This document shows, in pieces, positions 27,586 through 38,034 of a stretch of DNA of 45,119 nucleotides (the first letter of the stretch is position 1; each line of letters starts with the position of its first letter). The notes beneath the pieces were generated by a model. That model was not told the DNA's origin and made no database searches. It worked only from the letters and a program-made list of their open reading frames with translations. The position numbers and the translations under genes were made by a program. The stretch covers positions 1-45,119 of the forward strand of contig CBFFRP010000233.1 of the NCBI GenBank assembly GCA_965644295.1, written 5' to 3'. Source of the DNA: Paraphysomonas bandaiensis. Its lineage: Eukaryota > Protista > Chrysophyceae.

Positions 27586-28850
27586 TCATAGCGTCCAGTC
27601 TAAAGTTTTCACGAACTCCTCTTCAGTAAATTGAAGGAGACGCGCAGCTTCTATATGCGTCTACGTAGAGAGTATGACGGACAGCAGTAATGAATAATAG
27701 AATTTTACCTTCTGTCGTTTCAAGACATCGATCAGTTTCATCTGCTTTCTAAAGGCATCTAGAAGCTCCTCTCTGTGTTTCTCGAGTAAACGAACTCGAG
27801 TCAGTGCCTCATCTAGCTTCGCTTTGTCGGAATGCCCCCCATTCTGTGCTTGCAACTGAAGCTCTTCAATAGTGCTTTTGTTGCGACTGATTGTCTCCAG
27901 TGCCCGCTTCAGGTGAGTATCCTTCGTTTTGGTTTGGCTCTATATTTCATATCAATTACGTATATAATGAATCACACACCGACCTCTGCCTGTTTTGCTA
28001 GTCGCTCAGCTGTTTGGAGGTCCTTCTTAAGATTTGCATTCTGAAAAAGCCAACAACAGTTAGAACGAAATGCATAGGAATCATTCAAGGCCATACCTCT
28101 GCACGAAGCTCGGCCAATTCGTCTGCCGGGTTTGCAGCCCCACGCTTCGATTGTGCCCCGCTACGTCTGTTCTCCGCCTCGAGGAGCTGTACACTGTACG
28201 TATATTTGCTATAACACTATGTGTACGACACTTCATAGTGACTTACCGCTTATTGAGAAGCTTATTCTCATCCCGTTCCGACTTGAGTTGTCGCTGCAGG
28301 TCATTAACTTGCTCCATCAGCTTTTTTCGCATATCTTTAGAGTCTTCTAACTGCTTCGTCAAAGCTTTTAATTTAGCCTTCTGAATCCTGTTGATTTTAT
28401 AACAAAAAGCTATTCGATGGGAGGATAAGTCACAAACCTTGCAGCAGTGTCTGGGGCATGAGGAGAGTTCGTTCTTCCAGAACCAGTTGGTCTCGAACTA
28501 CTTGACGGTGAAGCCATAGATTTCTCAGATCTAGAAGATAACAACGGAGGATCCTCATAACTCACATCGTCAAGATGCATATCATACAACCCCTCCTGTA
28601 TATCATCAGACGGACGAGATGAGCCTCTCCGGCTATGTGTTTTATCACGAGCTGATAGTTTAGGAGAGTCAGGAACCATATCACTGGTAGATCTTGATCG
28701 ATGATTCGTTGAAATCGATGTCTTTCCTTTTAATATCGCATTAATATCGTAATCAAGCCCCTCTTCGTCCTCGTTAAGAGCTGCATCCATCTGCTCCATA
28801 CGATGAAGATCTTCTTCTTGATGACGTAATATTTCCTTCCAATTAGACAT
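27586..28850 (-). CDS. TEX9: TEX9-like centriolar/ciliary coiled-coil protein, 337 aa; exons 28850-28438, 28387-28247, 28193-28097, 28040-27984, 27939-27709, 27660-27586
   Basis: The spliced C-terminus EKHREELLDAFRKQMKLIDVLKRQK|THIEAARLLQFTEEEFVKTLDW matches the conserved TEX9 C-terminal signature (FKKQ.KLIDVLKRQK.HIEAA..L.FTEEEF.K.L.W). Five GT-AG introns of 44-56 nt keep the frame. Confidence 0.9.
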
Positions 28851-29414
28851 GATCTGAATATGTATTGAGGAATGGTATGGTTATGATGAAGGGCTATGGG
28901 AGGTGTATGTACTGAGAGATCTCTGCTTGAGATTCATACTATCTATATATGTATATGTATGTCTATGTATATGTATGTATGTTACGGGCTGTGTATGTTA
29001 TGCAGAGGCCTGTAGAGTAACAGTGTATGAAGAACATACTATATGGACGAACTGTTATCATAATAAAGCAGTTTACTTATAAAAAGCAGGAATATTTTAA
29101 ATCTTAAATATTGAATATCTGTTATTTTTGGGACTGTTATCATATCATCACTAGACAAAATTACATTTCTTGTAATTTTACAAACTGCCCCACAGCAGTA
29201 TATATCTATAGCAGTACCTATACAATGTAATATTTTTTTTGTCTATATTTAGAAAAAAAAAATCAATCAATGTGGTCGTTAATTATTGTCTCTATCTATC
29301 ATCTCCACATACACACATACACATCAAGCCCTCAATGCATTACATCCCATAAGTTCAATATACCTCACATCTTCCATTCCTTCAATGAAGAAATCTCTAT
29401 AGTCTCATTAAAGC

Positions 29415-32400
29415 ATGGAAGATAACGTTCTTGTGTTTCCTAATTGCCTCCGATTTAAAGGTAGCTCATATATACATACACACACTCCTCTAACACTTAT
29501 ATCGACAGGTAATGATCCAAATGCCGAAGATTTTATTATTATTAGCAGTGCATGGTCGGAGTATACAGCCTATCGTATTACTGTATCAGCTGCTAGTGTG
29601 TTTCGAGTCCCTAAGAGTGAAGGGTATCTACCGCCCTGTCAATCTGTACGTATACCTGTACACTTAAAACATATGGCGGTACCTGCAGATGGAAATGTGA
29701 AGTTTGCTGTGGATTTAGCTGATGTAAAGGAGTCGGATGTAGATGAGGATGATCCTCAAGCGTTTTGGCTAAGGACAGAGCCAGTAGTGAGGAGGTCGAT
29801 AACATGTGAGTTCACTCAAGACAATACGGATGACAAGAGTTCCCATGGAGGCTCTCTTGCATCACATGCACACACCAGTCGTACTTCAGCCTCCGTGTTA
29901 CCTCCAAAAGGTCATGTCCTGGATCTTATGGTGAAGAATGTTTCCAAAAATAACCCCTTGACTGAAGAAGAAACAGAGGTAATGTATATTCGTCCATACA
30001 TTTAGGCTAGGGTTTTACCTTGTCATAGGAGCTTAAGTCTGTGAGATCTATTATGACGAAGGACCAGTGGACTTCGTGGCTGAAGTTCGCTCGTGAAGAG
30101 AAACGCCGAAGGGACCTTCATCCCGAGGATAATCAGGATTCTGGCCATTCTGTGGATGGAAACGGGGTCGGAGATGGTGTCCACGGTGGACGATACCCAG
30201 GCGCGGATGTGAAGACTGCCCGCCCCATGTCTGCTCCCCGCTTGACTTCCCGTCCCACCCACCCTGTTAGACAGAGCACTGATGTTCCGACTACTGCCCC
30301 AGCCCCCCCACCCCGGGTAGCTGATATGCACCACAAATCCTCCGCATCTCCGAGCCCTGCCCGGTCAACAACACCAGGAAGTGGCTCCCGTGTAACGAAG
30401 GAAACTACGGCTGTGGGATCTGATTCACCACATCCGCGCAGTCCGGCTGATAGCCAGAGACCCTCCTGGCATAGCGGCACTTTAACGGGGCCGAGAGCGA
30501 CTAGTTCCCCAACGAGTATGCCTGATTCCCTTTCCACGAAAGCCACTCTTAAAGGTGTTATTCTAGCAAACTCTAAACCCGCTCAACCGATAGGACACCC
30601 CTCTGATCCTACTCTCTCATCACGTGCCGGAAGTCGTACCGCTCATTTATCTGTACCAACCCTCAACAGAGATGAGGATATATATGAAGTATCTCCCTTA
30701 AAACAATGCGATAGGCTCGGTTATCCACACGAGTCACAATATCACAATGAGGCCAACACTGTTCCAACTACACGTCGTTTGGGGGGTAGTCCGACTGCTG
30801 TTTCACGTGGAACTCCCATGCATACTTCGTCACGATCACAGGGGACACTGCAGCAGACTCAGCCAAAGTCTGTTAAACGTACCGAGAATGACGATACGAA
30901 TGCTATCGTCAAATCCAGTACCTTAAGAATAGACTCTGCCTTTGCGGCTGCGCAATGCTTGAAAGCGTCATTGGAAGCTGATTTGGAAAATGAGTCCGTA
31001 CCATCAGACAAGTAAGAAACTGATGTGCTGTTCTGCTGCTATTAATTTGTTTATTTTGCCAGAACAAGCTCTGCTCTAGCTATGGTGACTGCTATGATGA
31101 AGTCATTAGAGAAGTCCAAATCATCTCTTGAGCATTTGAATGGGCATAGTGGCCCAGGTGATGTCTCACATACTGCAGTCCCTCGTCAGGAGGGTAGCGT
31201 CTTAAGCAGTGATGGTAGGCAATCAGTACCTGTCCGTCGCTCGTATGGAACGCAGGAACAAAGTAACTCGGCTGACGAGGAGGCATCGAGCCAGTGTGCT
31301 GACGACTTAAGCGAGACCTATAGCCAAGGCACATCGTACTACGACCCGCGGTTTGACCGGAATAAAGACACTGACACTTCTACTGCTGCTTTTAGTGTGA
31401 AAGAGCTACGGGGTATGTCCACAACTGCCAGTAGGCGATCATCAGCTCGTCCTTTCACTGACAGACGCTGGGCTGCGAGCAACCGCTTCAGTACTCCTGG
31501 CCGCATCAGTGCCGTTGGGAGCGACGGAGATGCGGGGTCTACAACTGCTGCCAGTGCGCGCCGAATGGACAATGCTCCACTCTATCATATGCGATCCAGA
31601 CATGGCGATCAAGAAGATAGTGCCATTATCAGTCGGAAGAGTCAGCATGCAGTTAGATCTGCGAAGGGTATGCCAAGAGTTATGAAGCTGTGCGTATCGG
31701 AAGGTCCACAGATCAAGGTATTTCTTGTTTATGCCCTTTCATTTGTGCACTTTGATCGAACATGTGCAGGCGTATGATGAGAATCCGATTAGAATTGATG
31801 TTGAAAACTGTGCGCTAGATATTGTCTGGAGGGAGCGCCACGGGGCTTTACCGGGAAGATATTCGGCGAACAGCAGTGTGGGATCAAGAGCTTCAACTCT
31901 CCGACGTGAGAGGTACTGTTTTGATGACATCTATGCCGGCCCAGACGCTATCTCTCGCCTTTACGCATACACGAGGAAACGAACCAAGGCTGCTCTATTG
32001 AGTGGCAGAGGGCTAGCATTCTTGTGCCTTGCAGGTGGAGAATGTGTCAGTAGAAACACGGTGTCGTTAGAGCCGACTGTATCTCTTGTTGTTGGTGATA
32101 GTGGTGGCCATGGGCTAATGAGTGCAGTGGTTGAGGAGATTTTTAAGAGCAAAAACATCCCATATTCCTCGAAGGGGCATACTCCGTATGGCAAGCAGAG
32201 TTTAGCTAGCGGAGCTATTTCGGGGGATGATACGGCACTGCAGTCATGTGTTGTGCTGACGGCTGTCACAATATCAGATGGTATTATACTGGATCTTTTG
32301 GGACCTCCGGGGAGTATCAGGCCGGAAAGAGGAATGAAACAATGCAGGGTGAGCAGACGTGCTGATGGATCGTACCATGTGGCGAATGCAACCCCGCTCA

Positions 32401-33022
32401 AGCTAAAATCAGCAGCTGATTTCGAACGCGTCGCAGGCGTTCTACTTGGGCGCCGTGCAGCTCTTCGTGAGATTGCTCCATCCTTACTAGAGTGGGGGGA
32501 TTCAGTAGGCTCTACGGTTGAGGTTCCTGTACCAGAGACTCCCTGGATGATGTCTGCAGACCGCGAGGCGTGTATTCTCTTTTCCCTGTCTACTACTGGT
32601 GAGGGTGTATCCACATCGTCACACCGCAATGTGTCATTTCACTTCGCTTGCCCTTGTGGACCTCATTGGGACCTACCAGGTGTGTGATCTGTAACGTTCA
32701 TTGTATTTTCTAAAAACAAGACAGGAACCGAATTATGTCTTGCAGCGGAAGCGATATCCACGCTTCCCCACAGTCCTCCTCCTTCGCTGTTGAACGCAGG
32801 ATTGCTTACCCAGATATTAGTGGTTAGTTGAATGTTCCTTTAGTGTATATCATGATCGTGCATTCACAGGACCCTCATAGTCCTGATATAGACTATGTTA
32901 CGGTTGCATCTGTAGTCAAGTCGACACGCAGCGGCTCCAGACCAAGTGTTCAAGAAGACGAGGAGATGATTCGAAATATGCTGCAATCATTTAGAGTTGT
33001 TTCTCAACTCTCCACAATGTAG
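29415..33022 (+). CDS. MSP (major sperm protein)-domain + long disordered linker + degenerate kinesin-motor-like domain, ~1104 aa; exons 29415-29460, 29509-29978, 30029-31011, 31063-31717, 31770-32679, 32725-32822, 32870-33022
   Basis: Six 45-52-nt GT-AG introns give one ORF. The N-terminus (VFPNCLRF..AYRITVSAASVFRVPKSEGYLPPCQSVRIPV..KFAV..DPQAFW) fits the MSP/VAP fold pattern. The C-terminus follows kinesin element order but lacks P-loop and switch consensus. Confidence 0.75.
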
Positions 33023-33253
33023 TAGCGAATCTTGATTTAGAATATAGTACATAATGGATGTAAAGCGTTTTGTCGAAGTACGCTATGTGCTTGTAAGTGA
33101 AGTTATTATGGTTTTTAGAACAGACGTTACAGAGCAGGGCTAAGTGTGATGTAATATAATGATAAGAAACGTAACTATTAAATTGAGCACACCGAGGTTT
33201 TATTGTACTGTAGAAAACGCCGTGCCGTTATGAACACGTAGTATTATTTCAAG

Positions 33254-33375
33254 CAGGACCTGGTAACCATTAATGGCCGATTAATGGTAGTCCAGTTCCC
33301 GGCAATTATAGTGGCATTAATGGAAAATGTCCCGGCAATTATAATGGCATTACCATTAACGGTTACCAGGCCCTG
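33254..33375. mobile_element. 122-bp non-autonomous hAT-type DNA transposon (MITE)
   Basis: 23-bp TIRs: CAGGACCTGGTAACCATTAATGG on the left and the reverse complement CAGGGCCTGGTAACCGTTAATGG on the right (2 mismatches). Perfect 8-bp TSD ATTTCAAG at 33246-33253 and 33376-33383. Internal duplicated CCCGGCAATTATA(G/A)TGGCATTA. Confidence 0.9.
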
Positions 33376-33599
33376 ATTTCAAGCCTTTAGACTGTTACAT
33401 TCGATATTGCAACAGCCACAAAAATAAATATTTGAAAGTGCGGAGCAAGAATATCCTACATTGTAGATCATAAGTTGAATTGAAATTTAGTCGAACGGGT
33501 AGTTGCGCTTGATATTGCTAGAGAGCTACTTTCTAGGCTATTACACCCCATCCAGTTAAAAATTAATAAACCAAATAGTTAGAAATATTAAATCGATTA

Positions 33600-33665
33600 A
33601 CACAAAATTACGCTTTCGATAACAAACAATGGCTTGTATGCTACGTCATCCGCGAATATATGTGC
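33600..33665 (-). promoter_or_regulatory. SECIS element (eukaryotic, form-1-like) in the 3' UTR of the selenoprotein gene
   Basis: Minus strand: GCACAUAUAUUCGCGG-AUGA-C-GUAGCAUAC-AA-GCCAUU-GUUUGUUAU-C-GA-AAGCGUAAUUUUGUGU. AUGA is at 33649-33646, apical AA at 33635-33634 and GA at 33617-33616. Helix II pairs 8 of 9 and helix I has GCACA/UGUGU and CGC/GCG. It starts ~30 nt after the true TAA stop. Confidence 0.85.
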
Positions 33666-33697
33666 ATCGAACGCTACAATCGTAAGAACAAAACAAC

Positions 33698-34079
33698 TTA
33701 TAGTTCTTCTACAACCACACCCTTCTTCGCAAATCCTTTGGTAGTCATCAGATCATGAAGCTCTTCCGTGGAATATTTGGTAAGATCTACCTTCTCTGTT
33801 AACTGGTCGTTGTCATCGTATATGTACAGATCAGGATTCCTCCCCTTCACAAACTTAACTACAGGCACCTATCAGTAACACAGTCTGCATACACATAGAG
33901 TAGTTACCTTCAAGGTTCTCATACTGATCTGCATGTCCAGGCTCCTTCAGGAATCGTTTGACTCCTGGAAGCCTGTTTAATTTTCATCCGGAGCAGCTCT
34001 CTATCACTCCTCTCATACAGAAAGAAACATGAAATAACAGTGAGACTATTAGAAACCTGATAGCATTATGGATCATCAT
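33698..34079 (-). CDS. SELENOM: Selenoprotein M-like (Sep15/SelM family) ER thioredoxin-fold protein, 110 aa, Sec at residue 32; exons 34079-33908, 33858-33698
   Basis: Signal peptide MMIHNAIRFLIVSLLFHVSFC, then ESCSG-UGA(33986-33984)-KLNRLPGVKRFLKEPGHADQYENLE|VKFVKGRNPDLYIYDDNDQLTEKVDLTKYSTEELHDLMTTKGFAKKGVVVEEL*. This has the CxxU and LNRL..VK.F signature of SelM, a 49-nt intron at 33859-33907, a KDEL-like VEEL end and a downstream SECIS. Confidence 0.93.
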
Positions 34080-34180
34080 GATTATGGATGAGAATAAGAT
34101 AAATAAATATACTATGCTTATAAGTGCAAGACAACCAAAATAACAACAATAACATACGAGATACGCCTCCCTACATACTG

Positions 34181-34635
34181 TACATACATACATACATACA
34201 TACATACATACATACATACATACATACATACATACATACATACATACATACATACATACATACATACATACATACATACATACATACATACATACATACA
34301 TACATACATACATACATACATACATACATACATACATACATACATACATACATACATACATACATACATACATACATACATACATACATACATACATACA
34401 TACATACATACCTACATACATACCTACATACATACATACATACCTACATACCTACATACATACATACATACATACATACATACATACATACATACATACA
34501 TACATACATACATACATACATACATACATACATACATACATACATACATACATACATACATACATACATACATACATACATACATACATACATACATACA
34601 TACATACATACATACATACATACATACATACCTAC
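34181..34635. repeat. (TACA)n microsatellite, ~455 bp with a few TACC variants
   Basis: Directly visible; it generates the spurious MYVC/IHTY ORFs. Confidence 0.99.
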
Positions 34636-34659
34636 GGAGATCCTCCTCAAGATTATCAT

Positions 34660-35460
34660 GTGGACATGTTCATGTGCTATTCCAACACTTCCCTATCTTA
34701 GAGGTTGAGAAGTCCAGAAGTCTCTATATACACTACGAAGCGCAGTGATATTTTTGTGGCTAATTCTGCGTTTTTTTCTGCTCGTGTTTCAGGTTTCTGA
34801 CACTGTATGTCAGATTCAGCTGCCAGCTCAGAGTAACGAATAGGAAATTTTTTGGATGCATACTGTTGTAAGTAGTGTCTAGTATATTTCAAGAAACTCT
34901 TGATTTTCCCATTGGAAGATTATATAAGGCATATATCTCCTCTTATCCGAGAGAGCAGGGCTTGAATTTACAGAGTAGGGGGCTTCACCTGATAGATGAG
35001 CCGTTGAAGAGAACATCCAATTTCTCTTCTTCCATAAAAGCCATCTATCCAGATGATATAATTGCTGGGTCGACTACTGAAGTGCTATTCCAGAAACCTC
35101 CACCTCGAACGAACTGTAATATTGTCATGACTTGAGCTTTTTGTATGAGAAATGACAACTGTACTATATTGGTGGTAACAAATTGTGCGAACGTAACTTA
35201 GTGATATGTCGACAGCTTTATGGCAACTATGGCTACTAGAATGAGGGTGACATTGCCCAATAACTTGCTTTTTATCGTTTGTCCCCATAACGCCAATATC
35301 TAGCTACTTTAATAGGACAGGGACATAGTAGTGATCAAATTCCAACCCATATGCTGGTAGACTAATGCTTTCAGTATCTTGAATACAAACAAGTCTGTTG
35401 AAATGGAACTTTTTAGTTAACATAAGATATCTTTTCCTTGGTTTCCTATTCGAAAGAACA
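34660..35460 (-). pseudogene. Possible decayed coding sequence of unknown family
   Basis: One minus-strand frame runs ~265 codons with only 6 stops, all TAA/TAG, fewer than expected for this AT-rich DNA. No motif recognised. Confidence 0.3.
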
Positions 35461-35639
35461 TACGATAGCTATCACATCATTTCCAAAACAATATCTTCAA
35501 AATTTCGAGATTCTTATCTGGCTAACACCACGAACTACCCTGATATATACTAACCATAGTTCATTATTCTTCGGTACATCAGTCAACTGTTTTGGCTTTA
35601 ACAGAAAGTGAATTATATACGGCACACTACTTCAAGGGA

Positions 35640-37346
35640 CTATATATTTCTCGACCGGTTTGCTGCAGTACGATTTTTCCGCCTGAGGAGGGCGACATCC
35701 TGAGGACTACCCAATCCAGAAGGAAGACCAGATGCAGCGGCCTGACTCTGTTGAAACCCTACAATAAACTCACGATAAACATGACATGTCCAACACAGGA
35801 TATTTCAGTTGCATATTAGAGATCATTCAACAACTATAATATAGTAGGAGTACTTTCGGTTACTTACTCGTGAGTGGAGTAGCTTTGAGTTCAAGCGGCG
35901 TATTTTCCACAGCTGAGCCAATATCTTGTGAATACGAGACGTCGTAATATGATCGATGGGGTGCATACGGAGAATCTTCTTCTTCGTCTTCTGCTCTGAT
36001 TCCGTATTCATCATCACTCTCGAAATCGTCCTCATAATCATTTTCAGATTCTTCCTCATCGATCACACCGTTCGGCCACCTGGTTCCCCCTTCGTTGTCA
36101 GAGTTGTTAATATCATCAGATGGAAGAAGGTTAAGCTTGAATGATCCACATGGTCTCCCATCTTTCCCTAGTCGACGGTGTATAAATACTGTCGCTGGTC
36201 CCCAACTCATCCTATACCGCTTCCGCTCTACCAGTTCAAAACATTCCGGGAGATTCAAACCTTTTGTAAATGTGATAAATATAGCTCCTGGTTTAAGAGA
36301 TTTAGCCATCTGCATTATCAATAAATTAAAAATGTTTGCATTCATGAGCAAATGTAATTGTACATCAACTGGTACTAAATGCAACTGCATTCATTCACAG
36401 AATTTACATACCGTGCCCATATCTTCCATCAGCTGATCATCGTAGCAAGTCGAGTTCGCGAATACCACATCGCCATCTGACCAGTCATAGTCCAAAAATG
36501 ACCCCTAAATAGACGACAATGAGTAAATAAGCATACTACATAGAGTCCGTGAATCTAAAATTTATAAGGCAATATATATCCAACAAGCTTAATTCAACTG
36601 TTGACAGATCATATTCTATCTTACCGCGTAGACGTTAACTGTTTGATTCATTCCTACAGTTAGATACTCCTGGAAGTCTTCTTTGTATCTACCAAAAACA
36701 GTCATGCGAGCACAAAGAACACAAAATACACTCTACATATAAGTAGTCATCACCTCTGCACCACATCAGCTGCTTGTTTATGAAGAGACTCTAACACCTC
36801 GATACCAATACAACGAGAAAAATCACATAAAAATCGGGCTGCCAGCAGTGCCTTGCCGGTACCACTACCGAGATCATAAAAGACCCCACCAGGAGATGGA
36901 TTGATTTTCCGTAGTACATGGTAGAAGGAATGAAAGTCCACCTCCCCATATGTAAGTGACTGCATATAAAATATACGAAAAAACAAATCATTATCATCTA
37001 GTATCGAATGAATGGGATATACAAACCTTTTCACTCTGTAAGCATTTCACTTCCCGTTCTGCCCTTGAAAGGGTCTTCCCGACCTCCAAGCCGGTATCAG
37101 AAAACAACCCATTATATACTGCATGAACTTCATCTTCAATCAATTCGTGTATACGGTCAAGGAAGGTAGTGTCGCAAGCTTCTTTGGATTCGAACTCTTT
37201 TAAAATTTGAACAATACGACTATCGCGCCTCAGAATAATCTCTATATAAACACATCAGCTGGAGAGAGATATTGAGAAGAAGGACCTTTAAGAAACCCTT
37301 TGGAATTGTTGCTAATAATGTGGTCTTTAGCTAGAAGTGCTGCCTG

Positions 37347-37377
<31 letters not shown>

Positions 37378-37469
37378 TAGATAGGCTATAGGGGGTATAG
37401 AGGTGTACATGTGCGTACCAGTAGCAGTAATTTAGCCGGATCATTCAAATTCTCTTGTTGGTAACTCAT
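35640..37469 (-). CDS. DOT1-like class I SAM-dependent methyltransferase with acidic C-terminal tail, ~415 aa; exons 37469-37419, 37343-37286, 37241-37027, 36959-36754, 36688-36625, 36504-36412, 36309-35868, 35758-35640
   Basis: Motifs SLTYGEV, VFYDLGSGTGK (motif I), CIGIEVL, GSFLDYDWSDGDVVFANSTCY, LKPGAIFITFT and MSWG. Seven GT-AG introns give an intact frame. Confidence 0.85.
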
Positions 37470-38034
37470 GAAGCTTGTTATGAGACAGGAGATATGGTGT
37501 TGAGTGATGGAGACGGTGTGGTATATAGTGATTACTTGATCACTGTGACTGTGCACGCAGACGTGATATTAAAAGATCACTTTGTAGAGTCGAAGATTTT
37601 GCTTGTTTTTGAGTGATTTTTTATATACAGCATCTAGAAATGGACTTTTTTAACAACCATTCATAAAAAATACGCTGAATTTAAATTTATTTTGATGATA
37701 AAATTCCAGAATTGTGCTTTTTATGCCTGATATCCGAATTTTCAATAACTACCGCAGTTTTTCAGTTCTTTCTATGTACTGCTGTATATAACAAGCAATA
37801 GGAAGAGTCCAGCACAGGAGGGTATGTACAGTGGTATGAAGCCTACTGAAGATGTCATATGTTACATTAATATCCTGCGACCTGTCACATCACTATCATA
37901 TAATTGCAGTTGATGCTATAGAACATCGTAAATATATTTCTGTCATATCATTGAGGTTACGTGATAGCAGTGGAGGCGCATATAGACACATACACTTGTT
38001 TACGATCGAACTGTGGGAGCTGCTGAGAATAATA

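Noticed and set aside
33859-33869. Alternative acceptor AG at 33869 in the SelM intron
   Set aside because: It gives GACS-stop and destroys family homology; the 33859 acceptor restores VKFVKGRNP.
33984-34708. MYVC- and IHTY-repeat ORFs (also 44931-45119)
   Set aside because: Translations of (TACA)n microsatellites; only the last 31 codons of 33984-34433 belong to the real selenoprotein gene.
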